Origin: Candidatus Andersenbacteria bacterium RIFCSPHIGHO2_02_FULL_46_16
GTDB taxonomy: Bacteria; Patescibacteriota; Andersenbacteria; UBA10190
Length of the DNA: 54,382 bases
Direction: 5' to 3'
Assembly: GCA_001817065.1 (NCBI GenBank)
Contig: MHHQ01000016.1
Span: forward strand, 1-54,382
Position numbers and translations under genes: made by a program. This document shows, one piece after another, positions 37,802-46,760 of this stretch (position 1 is the stretch's first letter; each line of letters opens with the position of its first letter). The notes below the pieces were generated by a model. That model was not told the origin of the DNA and did no database searches. It saw only the letters and a program-made list of their open reading frames with translations.

Positions 37802-38482
37802 ATGAACAAGAGAAACTATTGGCTGGAGAAAGTTCCAGTGTGGGCGTCACAAATCGGTCTTCTTTTTAATGAAGCTGAGACGGTGGGGCTGGAGCATAAA
37901 CGGGCGCAAAAGTGTCTGTTTGCGGTCGCATGGCGTATGGGACTGTTGCGCTTTTTGCGGACGACGCGGGAGAAGGAGATAAACGGACTTCTGGTTGACC
38001 AGACAGAACCTCGCTATTGGTGGGGTTCGTGGGAAGCCTGGGAGGCGGGCAAGCGCGGCTGGTTGTCAGCGGCTTTGGCTTGTCCTTTAGATTTTTCCAA
38101 TTTCGTCAAACTGTGTTTGGCGGAGGAGGAAATTGTACGGGCGGCCACCGAGAATCCAGAGATCACGCCAGATACTCCTCCTATGACATCAGAGGAAGAA
38201 GCTGACTTTCTGGAAACTATTGTAGCCAGCGTTGAGAGTCGGCCTCTGGACATAACTGGAGACTACGCCGGTGTTAACACGCTGCGCCATCGCCTGGAGG
38301 AAATTTCTACTTTGTGGTTGCAGCAACGCACGCGCCTTACCCGTCGTGAAAAACGGCTGGCAGAGCAGTGGGTGGAACTCACTGGTTGGCCACCGACTGG
38401 TGTGTGGTCACCTGCCTGGCAGTGGGCGCCATTTTTGCTGGCGAACTTCACCAGGAAGTGGCACCACGCCAGGGTTGAGTGA
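37802..38482 (+). CDS. Hypothetical Trp-rich protein (~226 aa)
   Basis: Long ORF with GGGAGG upstream of ATG 37802; followed by a terminator. Confidence 0.65.
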   Translation: MNKRNYWLEKVPVWASQIGLLFNEAETVGLEHKRAQKCLFAVAWRMGLLRFLRTTREKEINGLLVDQTEPRYWWGSWEAWEAGKRGWLSAALACPLDFSNFVKLCLAEEEIVRAATENPEITPDTPPMTSEEEADFLETIVASVESRPLDITGDYAGVNTLRHRLEEISTLWLQQRTRLTRREKRLAEQWVELTGWPPTGVWSPAWQWAPFLLANFTRKWHHARVE

Positions 38483-38506
38483 GATAGCTTTCGCAGCTTG
38501 TTATTT

Positions 38507-38538
38507 GAGGACTCTTACTCTAGTGGGGGTCCTTTTTT
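38507..38538 (+). terminator. Intrinsic terminator closing the 36.2-38.5 kb operon
   Basis: GAGGACTCTTAC-tcta-GTGGGGGTCCTT followed by TTTT. Confidence 0.7.
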
Positions 38539-38547
38539 CCTTTTTTA

Positions 38548-38925
38548 TTATTGGTCGTTATCCCTAGAGATAAACCTTTGTTCTAATTCCGCTTTGTGTG
38601 CAGCGGGGATATTTTTAAAAGCTTCAACTTGGGCTTTCTCGAAGATAGCACAGAGCTTCATTAGGTCGCTGTCTGAACCGGCGGAACCTTTTGGTTGTCT
38701 CAATCTATCAAACTCATCCGATGCACGTGGCAGTTTAATTCCATTCTCACGCGCAAAATCATTAATGATTATGTAGCTCTTGATGGCATGACTAAGCTCC
38801 TCAACATTTTGTAGCGTATAATCAACTTTTTCGCGTTGATAATCATCCATTCCTCCAAGATTCATAGGTTTGTCAACTTTTTCTTCGGAGCTGGGACGAA
38901 AACTTGATGGTTCGTGTTCGATCAT
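38548..38925 (-). CDS. Hypothetical protein (125 aa)
   Basis: ATG-initiated ORF with protein-like charged composition, convergent on the operon terminator. Confidence 0.6.
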   Translation of the reverse strand: MIEHEPSSFRPSSEEKVDKPMNLGGMDDYQREKVDYTLQNVEELSHAIKSYIIINDFARENGIKLPRASDEFDRLRQPKGSAGSDSDLMKLCAIFEKAQVEAFKNIPAAHKAELEQRFISRDNDQ

Positions 38926-39145
38926 AGTTATTTAGTAAAATAGTAGCACGTACATTAGACCCTCGGTAAGTGGTTTTGTTCACAGGTAGTTTTGTGTCAG
39001 GTTTATTGTAACGGTGAGCTATCTTTTTGATGGCGCTCTCTCAGCTGTGTCGCAATATTAGTTGCGGTGAATTAGATACTTATTCTGATATTTATAGGCG
39101 GATAATTTATATGATATGCTTTCATATATGGGATCAGAATCGAAC

Positions 39146-39921
39146 ATGGAGAGCAATTTTGGTGATGTTAAGGGTGAACAAGGTCAAGAAAATGTTCCTG
39201 CTGAGGTGGTGGCGGAAGGATTAGACGAGGACATACAACCAGTTAATGAGGACGTAATGCAGCGGCGGCAAGTGGAAATAACAAGTGATATGAAAAGTGC
39301 AGAGATCGTGGAACGTTATAATGTGTCGAGAGCGACTGCTTGGCGTGCTTTGAAGCGGGCTGAAAAGGACCCAGAGGGACGGAGCTATAGATGTCACATT
39401 ATGAAATGCCACTCTTAAATAAACGGGTGGCGGCGCGGGGGACCCCCACCGAGCGCCTGCAGGCTGCCCGCCTGGCAGGCCGAAGCCGTCGGGTGGGGGT
39501 GCAGCGCCGACAGGGCCCGTCACTATATTTGTGGCATTTCATAATGTGACTTCCATACATCTTTCTTAACTATCATGTTAAAGAGATTAATATTGATGAG
39601 AATTGGGCGAAGTCGCATCACGAGGAGTTGACTGAAGACGCCGATTTTGGTGCTCGACTGGCAATAAAGAGTATGAAGAGGGTTTCGGGTTCGGTGGAGG
39701 CCTTCCTCTCTCCGCTTTCTTTTGATGACCTGAAGCAAGAAGCATATATTAGATTATGGCAATTATCAGGCAGGGTGGAGGATAGAGATAATTCAAAATG
39801 GAGGCGTGGAGTGGCACTTAGAGCCGCGTCAGATTTTATTCGGACCAATGTTGTTCGCCATCAGAGCCGACGTTCAAAAGCAAACCCAGAAACTATAAGG
39901 GAGTCATTTGAAGAAGAATAG
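39146..39921 (+). pseudogene. HTH plus sigma-70 region-2-like gene disrupted by MITE-A
   Basis: Removing 170 bp (MITE plus one TA) fuses 39146..39387 in frame with 39558..39921, giving ...DPEGRSY-IFLNYHVKEINIDENWAKSHHEELTEDADF... (~201 aa). Confidence 0.8.
39388..39555 (-). mobile_element. MITE-A copy 4
   Basis: Reverse-complement copy; TA at 39386-87 and 39556-57. Confidence 0.92.
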
Positions 39922-39976
39922 TAAAAATGAGTTGGAGAAGTTGAATACCAAGTGTTGAATTCCTTAAATCTACCAA

Positions 39977-40416
39977 TCATATCTTGTCATTACGCTCCGA
40001 TTTTCGTAACACAACATACCACCCCGGATGATATGGGCCATGCGAGTCGTCCATGACGGCGGCGATATTGAGACTGGAATAAATCCGAAATTCTTTTACT
40101 TGCCCATAGTGCAGAGCAGAAAGGCCATCGTAAGCATTAGGGTCTTCGGTGTAATAACCCGCTACCTGATTCAAGAAAAGTAATGTGCAAGATCCGGATT
40201 TGTCGGTAATGTCTGCCACAGAACGGAATATATAACCCTCCTCCGTTAATTGCCGGTAAATTTCTGTGGCTGTTTTTCTGGGTTACCAAAAGTATGGGCA
40301 ATGATATGGGTGAGATCCAGATTGTTTTTTATAGGAACTTTGGAAAGTCCTGCACAGCGTCTCCGGTAATTCTCCGCGTCCAGCCCACCGTCGGATAATG
40401 GCAGATCAGGCTCATT
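39977..40416 (-). pseudogene. 5'-truncated, frameshifted hypothetical gene
   Basis: Minus strand reads NEPDLPLSDGGLDAENYRRRC...FGNPEK, then a frameshift at an A-run (~40273-77), then TATEIYRQLTEEGYIFRSVADITDK...NDKI*. The 5' end abuts the 60-bp repeat. Confidence 0.5.
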
Positions 40417-40472
40417 TGTTCAGTTTCCGCTCGAAAAAGGTTCGCGCAAAGTGTATGATTACAGCACCAGTA
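40413..40472 (+). repeat. 60-bp motif shared with 53651..53710 (putative integrative-element end)
   Basis: 54/60 identity by manual alignment. Confidence 0.75.
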
Positions 40473-40513
40473 GTAACCAATAATCAGTAACTTGTAATCA
40501 GTTTGATGTTGGG

Positions 40514-40585
40514 TGGGCGGTATAGGATTTGAACCTATGGCCTACTGAATGTAAGTCAGTTGCTCTACCACTGAGCTAACCGCCC
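40514..40585 (-). tRNA. tRNA-Val(TAC)
   Basis: GGGCGGT/ACCGCCC acceptor; ACTGA-CTTACAT-TCAGT. Confidence 0.95.
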
Positions 40586-40758
40586 TATTAATAGATGTAT
40601 ACAGTGTTTTTCTATTAACGCAAAGGGGTAATAGTCCGAGCTTCTTTAGTTTGAAAAGACTAGGGACAAAGGCATCACCTGACTCTTGTTATTGGGACGC
40701 TGCTTCGGCTGCGGGTCATAAGTGGGTAATAAACGAACAAATATGATACAATAGATGT

Positions 40759-41451
40759 ATGCACCGGTTAGTCAATATTATTGATACAAAGTGGAGACCA
40801 GAACTGGCATATGCGATTGGCTTGATCGCGTCCGATGGCAACCTACGTAAGGATAATAAAGGAATTTGCTTTGTTTCAAAGGACAGGGAGCTTATAGATA
40901 GGTTTCGTGAATCTATTTCGCTGAAAAAGGAACCTTATAGGAGTGGTCGCGGTGGTACAAAAAAGAAAAATTATTGGACGGTTCAATTTAAGAGTAGAAA
41001 TTTTCATGATTTTCTTGTGAGTGTTGGCGTTACTCCTAAGAAATCAAAGACAATTAAGGCGGTTCAGGTACCAAACTCCTATTTTGCTGATTTTCTTCGT
41101 GGGCTTTACGACGGAGACGGTACTTTTTGGACTACTTGGGATAAGCGATGGCCTCAGAGCTTTGTTTATTATCTTGGTTTTAGTACAGCGAGCCCATATT
41201 TTGTTAGATGGCTTAAAAAGAGAATCGCAGATCAGTTTAAAGTAAAGGGTTATATTCATAATGGTGATGGAGTTTTTACAATCCGTTATGTCAAAGGGGA
41301 TTCGCGCAAATTATTTAAGGCAATGTATTATCGAAAAGGGTTATTATATCTATCCAGAAAATATCTAAAAATCAAAGAGGCGATTGATTATGATGAGCGG
41401 CTTAAAGATATTAGGATTCAGCAGAGGTCAGGTACTATAGTAGCAAGTTAA
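40759..41451 (+). CDS. Free-standing two-motif LAGLIDADG homing-endonuclease-like protein (paralog of 33640..34410)
   Basis: LAYAIGLIASDGNL and DFLRGLYDGDGT; shares WxPELAYA, SKD.E, G.TPKK, WD.RW and AMYY...L.RK with the first copy. Confidence 0.85.
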   Translation: MHRLVNIIDTKWRPELAYAIGLIASDGNLRKDNKGICFVSKDRELIDRFRESISLKKEPYRSGRGGTKKKNYWTVQFKSRNFHDFLVSVGVTPKKSKTIKAVQVPNSYFADFLRGLYDGDGTFWTTWDKRWPQSFVYYLGFSTASPYFVRWLKKRIADQFKVKGYIHNGDGVFTIRYVKGDSRKLFKAMYYRKGLLYLSRKYLKIKEAIDYDERLKDIRIQQRSGTIVAS

Positions 41452-41531
41452 TGGTTAAACAGAATCCTGGTGTCTGGTGGTTGAAACAAATTGTTTTTTT
41501 AGATATGGTCTAAGAACGATGTTGTTGATAA

Positions 41532-41603
41532 GCCGCGGTAGCTCAGTGGTAGAGCACTTCGCTGAAGACGAAGGTGTCGTCAGTTCAATTCTGACCCGCG
41601 GCA
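41532..41603 (+). tRNA. tRNA-Phe(GAA)
   Basis: GCCGCGG/CCGCGGC acceptor; CTTCG-CTGAAGA-CGAAG. Confidence 0.95.
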
Positions 41604-41710
41604 CATAGAAACGAAAAGTGTAAAGCAAAAAATGAAAAACATTGCTTGCAGGCGATTTGTTTACAAGCTATTGATGCGTTGGCAATAATTAGGTACAAAT
41701 AATAACACTT

Positions 41711-41782
41711 GCGGGTATCGTATAATGGCTTTTACACTACCTTGCCAAGGTAGAGATACGGGTTCGACTCCCGTTACCCGCT
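41711..41782 (+). tRNA. tRNA-Gly(GCC)
   Basis: GCGGGTA/TACCCGC acceptor; CTACC-TTGCCAA-GGTAG. Confidence 0.95.
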
Positions 41783-41895
41783 CAAAAAATCCAGAGATTT
41801 TTTGAGCGAGGCTCGTCCCAGCTTTGCTGGGCGGCCCGCTCACTTCTTCGCTCTTCGCTTTCGCAGGAGCTACGAACGGTAAGCCCTTACAAGAT

Positions 41896-42135
41896 TACAT
41901 ATTGTCCGGTCATGTAAAAGCGAAGAAGGACAACCGAACCTATGTCGGTTATTCAGATAATGTTGAAAGGCGCATGGTAGAGCTCACTTGTGGATGTTAG
42001 CGGGATACTAAACATCAAAGTCCTATAAAAATACTATTCACTGAATGATTCGCTGCATATGCTGAAGCTAAGAAAAGAGAAAGTTGATGGAGGAGCGGAG
42101 GAGAAGGAAGAAAGCTAAAACATTATTTACCTATC
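41896..42135 (+). pseudogene. GIY-YIG nuclease pseudogene
   Basis: One frame reads KKDNRTYVGYSDNVERRMVE...*RDTKHQSPIKILFTE*FAAYAEAKKRES*WRSGG, with stops at 41998, 42046 and 42085. Confidence 0.75.
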
Positions 42136-42217
42136 CAATATATAGCGAAAAAGACGTCGCGATAGTCTGTGTGGCCTAGGCAGAAGTGGTTAAAAAGAAA
42201 GTAGCAAGAGAAGGGTT

Positions 42218-42682
42218 TTACGGCCTTCGTTTTATTCGTTCCCAAAAATTATCGTCTGGTGGCCTAGGGGGAGGAGTTGTGTTGTTGGGAATGAGCCGGG
42301 GACAGATACCAATCTTTTGACAGTCGTTCCAGTCGGCTATTGGCTCGCCCATAACGGCAGCTCGGTCAGGGAATGCTCTCTGACAGTCATTAGCACAATC
42401 ATCAGTTTTGGTATAGTCATAGGCATCAGAGGAGTTCTTTGTGTCGTCGCTATAACTTGGAAGAGTGCGCGAGCAAATTGTTACGTGGCTTCGGGCGTAG
42501 CCTATTGTTACAAAATCTGGAGTGACGCATTCGCATGTTGTATTGCATTGCCATTTAGGGACAGTATAGGTTCGAGGAACATTGGCAGACAGTCTCACAT
42601 TGTATTGTTGGGATATTACCAATATGGCCAAGACAAGACTGAGGATTAACAACAAGGATAAGAGTATAAAAAGTCTGTTCAT
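42218..42682 (-). CDS. Membrane-anchored/secreted Cys-rich protein
   Basis: N-terminal hydrophobic helix, eight Cys, Pro-rich tail. Confidence 0.7.
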   Translation of the reverse strand: MNRLFILLSLLLILSLVLAILVISQQYNVRLSANVPRTYTVPKWQCNTTCECVTPDFVTIGYARSHVTICSRTLPSYSDDTKNSSDAYDYTKTDDCANDCQRAFPDRAAVMGEPIADWNDCQKIGICPRLIPNNTTPPPRPPDDNFWERIKRRP

Positions 42683-42764
42683 GGAAAAGGAAATTAATGT
42701 TATTAATTAGTTTTAGTATAATTCATTCATCTCATCTAAGGAAAAGTATTGTGAAGAAATCGAT

Positions 42765-43016
42765 ATGCTTGATTTGATTAGCCAAATAATGATAACGGCC
42801 ACAGGTGTGACCGCTATTTTTTTGGTGGCACGGAAAAATAAGTGGGGGTTTGTGATTGGATTAGCAAGTGCTCCCTTTTGGTTTATTACGTCTTATTTGA
42901 ATGACCAGTGGGGTATTTTTGTTCTGAATATTGCTTATACGCTGAATTAGATATATGGAATTTATGTCTGGTTCTGGCGGGACCGTAAGAAAGGGGAGCT
43001 TGCAGTAAACCCCTAG
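42765..43016 (+). pseudogene. Small PnuC-like 3-TM protein with an internal TAG
   Basis: KNKWGFVIGLASAPFW...QWGIFVL pattern; the frame continues past TAG (42948-50) as IYGIYVWFWRDRKK...*, suggesting a TGG>TAG change. Confidence 0.6.
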
Positions 43017-43123
43017 TAAACCCCCACACCCTGGCCTAAAGGCTAGGGCTTTTCAGCAGAGCTAATACAAAAACCATTCATCACCGGCCTTAAAGGCCGG
43101 CGCTTTCTGGGTGTGGGGGTAAA
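43016..43123 (+). mobile_element. Element B copy 3
   Basis: Near-identical to the other copies; sits within a CCCCTAG...CTGGGGG-cTTTTT hairpin. Confidence 0.85.
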
Positions 43124-43169
43124 GCGCTGGGGGCTTTTTTTATTCGGAGAATGCCCCTAAGCTAACTTG

Positions 43170-43802
43170 ATGTCTAAAGACATGGGACAAATCGTTGATT
43201 TTCTGTTCGAGGTAGGGATATTGGCGGAAACACCGCGCAGTGGTTTTTATTTCCTGGGAAGCGGGAAGCAGTCGGTGGCAGAGCATGTTTGCCGTGATGT
43301 CTTCATCGGCTACGCGCTGGCACAGATGGAAAAGGGAGTAAATGTGGAGAAGGTTTTAAAAATGTGTCTCTTCCATGATTTGGCAGAAGCGCGGACGAGT
43401 GACTTGAATTATGTACACCAAAAGTATGCTAAGGCGAACGAAAGGAAGGCAGTAGGGGACGTAGCCAAGACACTCCCATTTGGCCAGGATATTTTGGAGA
43501 TACTCAGGGAATATAAGCTGCGCAGAACCAGGGAAGCTAAGCTGGCCAAGGACGCGGATAATCTAGAATGGATACTGTCCTTAAAAGAACAGGCAGATAC
43601 AGGGAACGCCAGAGCAAAAACCTGGATTCCATCGGCAGTAAAACGATTAAAGACAAAAACAGCCAAGCGGTTGGCTGGGCGTATTTTAAAAACAGGTTCT
43701 GACCATTGGTGGTTTGCGGATAAAGAGGATGAGTGGTGGGTAAGCCGAAAGAAAAAAGCCAAGCAAGCGGTTGATAAATATGCTAGTACCGCATTCTTTT
43801 AA
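43170..43802 (+). CDS. HD-domain hydrolase (YfbR/5'-deoxynucleotidase-like); C-terminus altered by IS630
   Basis: PRSG, QSVAEH, CLFHDLAEARTSD, KDADNLE. The last codons and stop lie inside the IS end. Confidence 0.88.
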   Translation: MSKDMGQIVDFLFEVGILAETPRSGFYFLGSGKQSVAEHVCRDVFIGYALAQMEKGVNVEKVLKMCLFHDLAEARTSDLNYVHQKYAKANERKAVGDVAKTLPFGQDILEILREYKLRRTREAKLAKDADNLEWILSLKEQADTGNARAKTWIPSAVKRLKTKTAKRLAGRILKTGSDHWWFADKEDEWWVSRKKKAKQAVDKYASTAFF

Positions 43803-44999
43803 TTAACCACACCTAACTCCCGATACAGCTCTGGAAACTTTTCCTGGGCTTTTTTCGTGGTGAACGTCCAGGTAATCTTACGCCGGTGCTGGTTGCGCCA
43901 GGCGGTGATGGCGGCGACCGTGTTTTTCAAAACAGCCTCATCTGCCAGTCTCGTTTTCAGCCCCTGGGTCTTAAGGCAGCTGATTTCACACTCTGCCATG
44001 TTCAGCCAAGAAGCATGCGTTGGCGTGTGATGGAGTGTCACACGGGCGAAGAAGGCAGCTGTTTTCTGGTCGCCCCATACTTTCGTGAGACTGCCACGCA
44101 GATGGGTATTGAGGTTGTCCAGAACCAGGTGGATATGGGCAGCGGTCCGGTGTTCCTCCATGCAGTAGTGCCAGAGAAAGTTGGCCGTGTCGGCGGCTGT
44201 TCGGCGCTCAGTGACCGCGACTGTTCGTTCACCGACCAAAGGATTAACGGCCACAAACAGATTACGCGTGCCGTTTCGTTTGTACTCGTAGTCGAGCCGG
44301 CGCACGGTGCCCGGCGCGCAAGGCTGGCCGCCCCGGGGCGTGCCGAGCAGCTGCTTGGATACTTCGTCAAAGCAATGCAGCTCGTGGCCAGCAGGAAGCG
44401 GTTCAGTGTAGAGCGCCAGGATGTCGTCCATCCGTTCCCGGAAGAGCGGCGTGAGCTTGGGGACGCACCACATTTTTTTCCCGCCAGGGCTTGAGTTCGT
44501 TCTGGATGAGCACTGCCCGGATCGGATTGAGAGACATGATCGATGTTTTGTACGTGGCATTGACTGCCTCGCGCAACGCCCGCAGCGGCCAGTGGTCGGC
44601 TCCGTCGGGAGCGTTCGTGCAGGCCGTGGCGACAATGAAGGCTTCAGCCTCCGGCGTCAGTTTACTCGGCTGCCCACTCCGAGGCAGGTCCTGAAGGGCT
44701 GCTTGTATTGTTGCTCGCTGGCGGTACCGCTTACGCACGTCTCGTACTGTCCAGCTGGAGATTTCTAGCCGCCGGGCAATATCGTTATCCCGCAGCTTCT
44801 GGTGTGACAGCAACAGAATACGAGCCCGGATAATGACGCGGGCATGGTGGGTACCTGTCTTCGTGATCGAGGTGAGATACCGGCGCTCTGGCGCCGACAG
44901 CGCCACGATGTACTTCTTCATATGTTTGTGTTTGTGTGAAGGATTAAAAACACTGACGATAGTATATCATCGGTGTTGAGAATTAAAAGAAGGAGGTAC
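43786..44999 (-). mobile_element. IS630-family insertion sequence (1214 bp)
   Basis: TIR GTACCgcaTTCTTTTAATT / AATTAAAAGAAggaGGTAC; TA duplicated in a CTAG context (43784-85, 45000-01). Confidence 0.92.
43799..44921 (-). CDS. IS630 transposase, two ORFs joined by a -1 frameshift
   Basis: OrfA is the HTH part (RARILLL, PRSGQP). OrfB is the DDE part (CFDE, DYEYKRNGT, VLDNLNTH, HASWLNMAECE). Slippery GGGAAAAAAA at ~44473-44482 (minus strand). Confidence 0.92.
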
Positions 45000-45077
45000 T
45001 AGTACCGACCCAGGCAGGTCGGACAGGGGTAAGGGCTTGGAGTGACCAAGTGGTGCGCGGGAAAATAAATTGGAGAA

Positions 45078-45929
45078 CTACTGGGCGTTTTGAACGGCTT
45101 CCTGACGGACTCGGACTTGTTCTTCGGTAGCATCCAGTTTGTCTTTAAGGTTGCCACTGCGCATTTCGATGAGTTGCTCCTGGTTTTCGCGACGCTTTTC
45201 AAGGTTGAGCTGTCTTTGTTCTTGCGCATTCTGCTGCAACTCCTGACGGTTATCCTGTCGCTGTTCTATGTTTTGTTTGATCTGGTCGCGCCGTTCCTGC
45301 ATGTTTGCTCTTATCTCCTCCTGTCGAGCACCGCGGTTTTGACGAGCAGTTTCCATCATGGCCTTACGAGCAGCCATTAATTCTTCGCGCTGGTCTTTGA
45401 GTTCGGCCACACGTTCTTGCCGTACAGGAATCATGGCTTCCCGGCGGGTGCGCCAGGTTTGAAATCGTTCTAATAGCTTATCTCTAAGCTCCTCGCGCCG
45501 TTCTAAGTAGTTAGTAGCGCGCGTGGTGAGCTTTTCCATACGCTTTTTGATTAGCTCGGTACATTGTTCATCGCCAATTTCCGCGCAAGCGGCTAACTTG
45601 CGGTCCAGCATGTGCAAGTGCTGTTCGTATAGCTGGGCTTTATTCTCTGCTTTTAAAGTAAAGAAACGAATAACGCCATTGCGCATTGTTTCCCAACCAT
45701 AAGACATGCGGTTCACGGTAGGCAAAACTTCCGCAGCCAAGTCTTGCGTGAGGTCTGAATCAGGCAGTTCTGTATCTGTGACGATATCGCCAGCTGTGCC
45801 ATACGGAGAAGGGCTGGGGATGAGGCTGGATAGGGGAGGCATTTGACCGGGAGCTTGTGCCCAAACCGACGGGGCGAATATAACGAGCAGTAAACTGACA
45901 CCAACGAAAGAAAGGTAATGTTTGATCAT
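45078..45929 (-). CDS. Secreted coiled-coil protein (DUF5667-like N-part, Q/R/E-rich tail)
   Basis: Signal peptide ending VWA-Q; LP....YGWE......FFT....KA pattern; long heptad-rich tail. Confidence 0.65.
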   Translation of the reverse strand: MIKHYLSFVGVSLLLVIFAPSVWAQAPGQMPPLSSLIPSPSPYGTAGDIVTDTELPDSDLTQDLAAEVLPTVNRMSYGWETMRNGVIRFFTLKAENKAQLYEQHLHMLDRKLAACAEIGDEQCTELIKKRMEKLTTRATNYLERREELRDKLLERFQTWRTRREAMIPVRQERVAELKDQREELMAARKAMMETARQNRGARQEEIRANMQERRDQIKQNIEQRQDNRQELQQNAQEQRQLNLEKRRENQEQLIEMRSGNLKDKLDATEEQVRVRQEAVQNAQ

Positions 45930-46375
45930 TCTTTAATTATATCACGAATCGGCTGTGCTGATAATAAGTTATGAGACGCTAAGGCAGCGCGAACAGCACC
46001 TTGGGCAGTGGATTCCCACCGGGCTTTTGCTTGTTTGAGCGTAGCGCCAGGACCGATGATGCCAAGGCCGATCGGCAGATTATATTTGAGCTGCAAGCTA
46101 ACGAGGGCTTGAAGGACGACGTGCCCCATGACTTCACCGTGCGTAGTATAGCCGCGTTCAATGTACCCGAGAACGACTAAGCAGTCCGGCTTGATTTGTT
46201 GGATAATTGTTTGAACAGCCAGGGGTATTTCATAACTGCCCGGGACACGGATAGTTTTTAATAAGTTAGCGCGGTAGTTTGTTAACTCTTGTTTGGCCGC
46301 CTTGATCATATTATCAGCGATCATCTGATGAAAGTCGGCGGCAATGATAACGACTTTAATTGGCTGATTGGTCAT
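45926..46375 (-). CDS. ribH: 6,7-dimethyl-8-ribityllumazine synthase
   Basis: VPGSYEIPLA, VVLG.I.RG.T.H, PIGLGII. Confidence 0.9.
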   Translation of the reverse strand: MTNQPIKVVIIAADFHQMIADNMIKAAKQELTNYRANLLKTIRVPGSYEIPLAVQTIIQQIKPDCLVVLGYIERGYTTHGEVMGHVVLQALVSLQLKYNLPIGLGIIGPGATLKQAKARWESTAQGAVRAALASHNLLSAQPIRDIIKE

Positions 46376-46760
46376 AAGAGGAGAATAGTTGCGCGGCCTT
46401 GTGGCTATCTTGTTTTAAGGCTTGGATAAGTTCTAGTGAGGAGGGGAATTTTTTAATTTTTCTAATATAACACAGATTACTTAAACTCAGCTTTTCACCG
46501 TAAAGCTTTTGGTAGGGAAAGTCGATCAGATGCACTTCGACGGAAGAGGGCAGATCGGGAAAGGTAGGCCGCGGGCCGACGTGAAGCAGCGCCAGGTATA
46601 AACGGGATTGAGGAATGATTAGAGCTAGACAGGCATAGACGCCATCCGGCGGACGAGCGGACGGGCTGGCTAATTGCAGGTTGGCGGTAGGAAAGCCTAG
46701 AGCGGTACCACCACCTGCGCCTTTAATTACTTGGCCGATAATTAAGGAATCGTTCGACAT
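46356..46760 (-). CDS. Monofunctional riboflavin kinase (RibF C-terminal domain only)
   Basis: GQVIKG, LGFPTANL, GVYA, VGPRPTF, VEVHLIDF, LYGE, IR..KKF. Confidence 0.88.
   Translation of the reverse strand: MSNDSLIIGQVIKGAGGGTALGFPTANLQLASPSARPPDGVYACLALIIPQSRLYLALLHVGPRPTFPDLPSSVEVHLIDFPYQKLYGEKLSLSNLCYIRKIKKFPSSLELIQALKQDSHKAAQLFSSYDQSAN

Noticed and set aside
42948-42950. Stop-codon reassignment suggested by in-frame TAG/TGA here and in the GIY-YIG remnant
   Set aside because: Conserved genes end normally at TAG (hppA, rny) and TGA (tig, yraN), so these are nonsense mutations or read errors.
43886-44768. Plus-strand ORFs inside the IS
   Set aside because: Antisense shadows of the GC-rich IS630 transposase.
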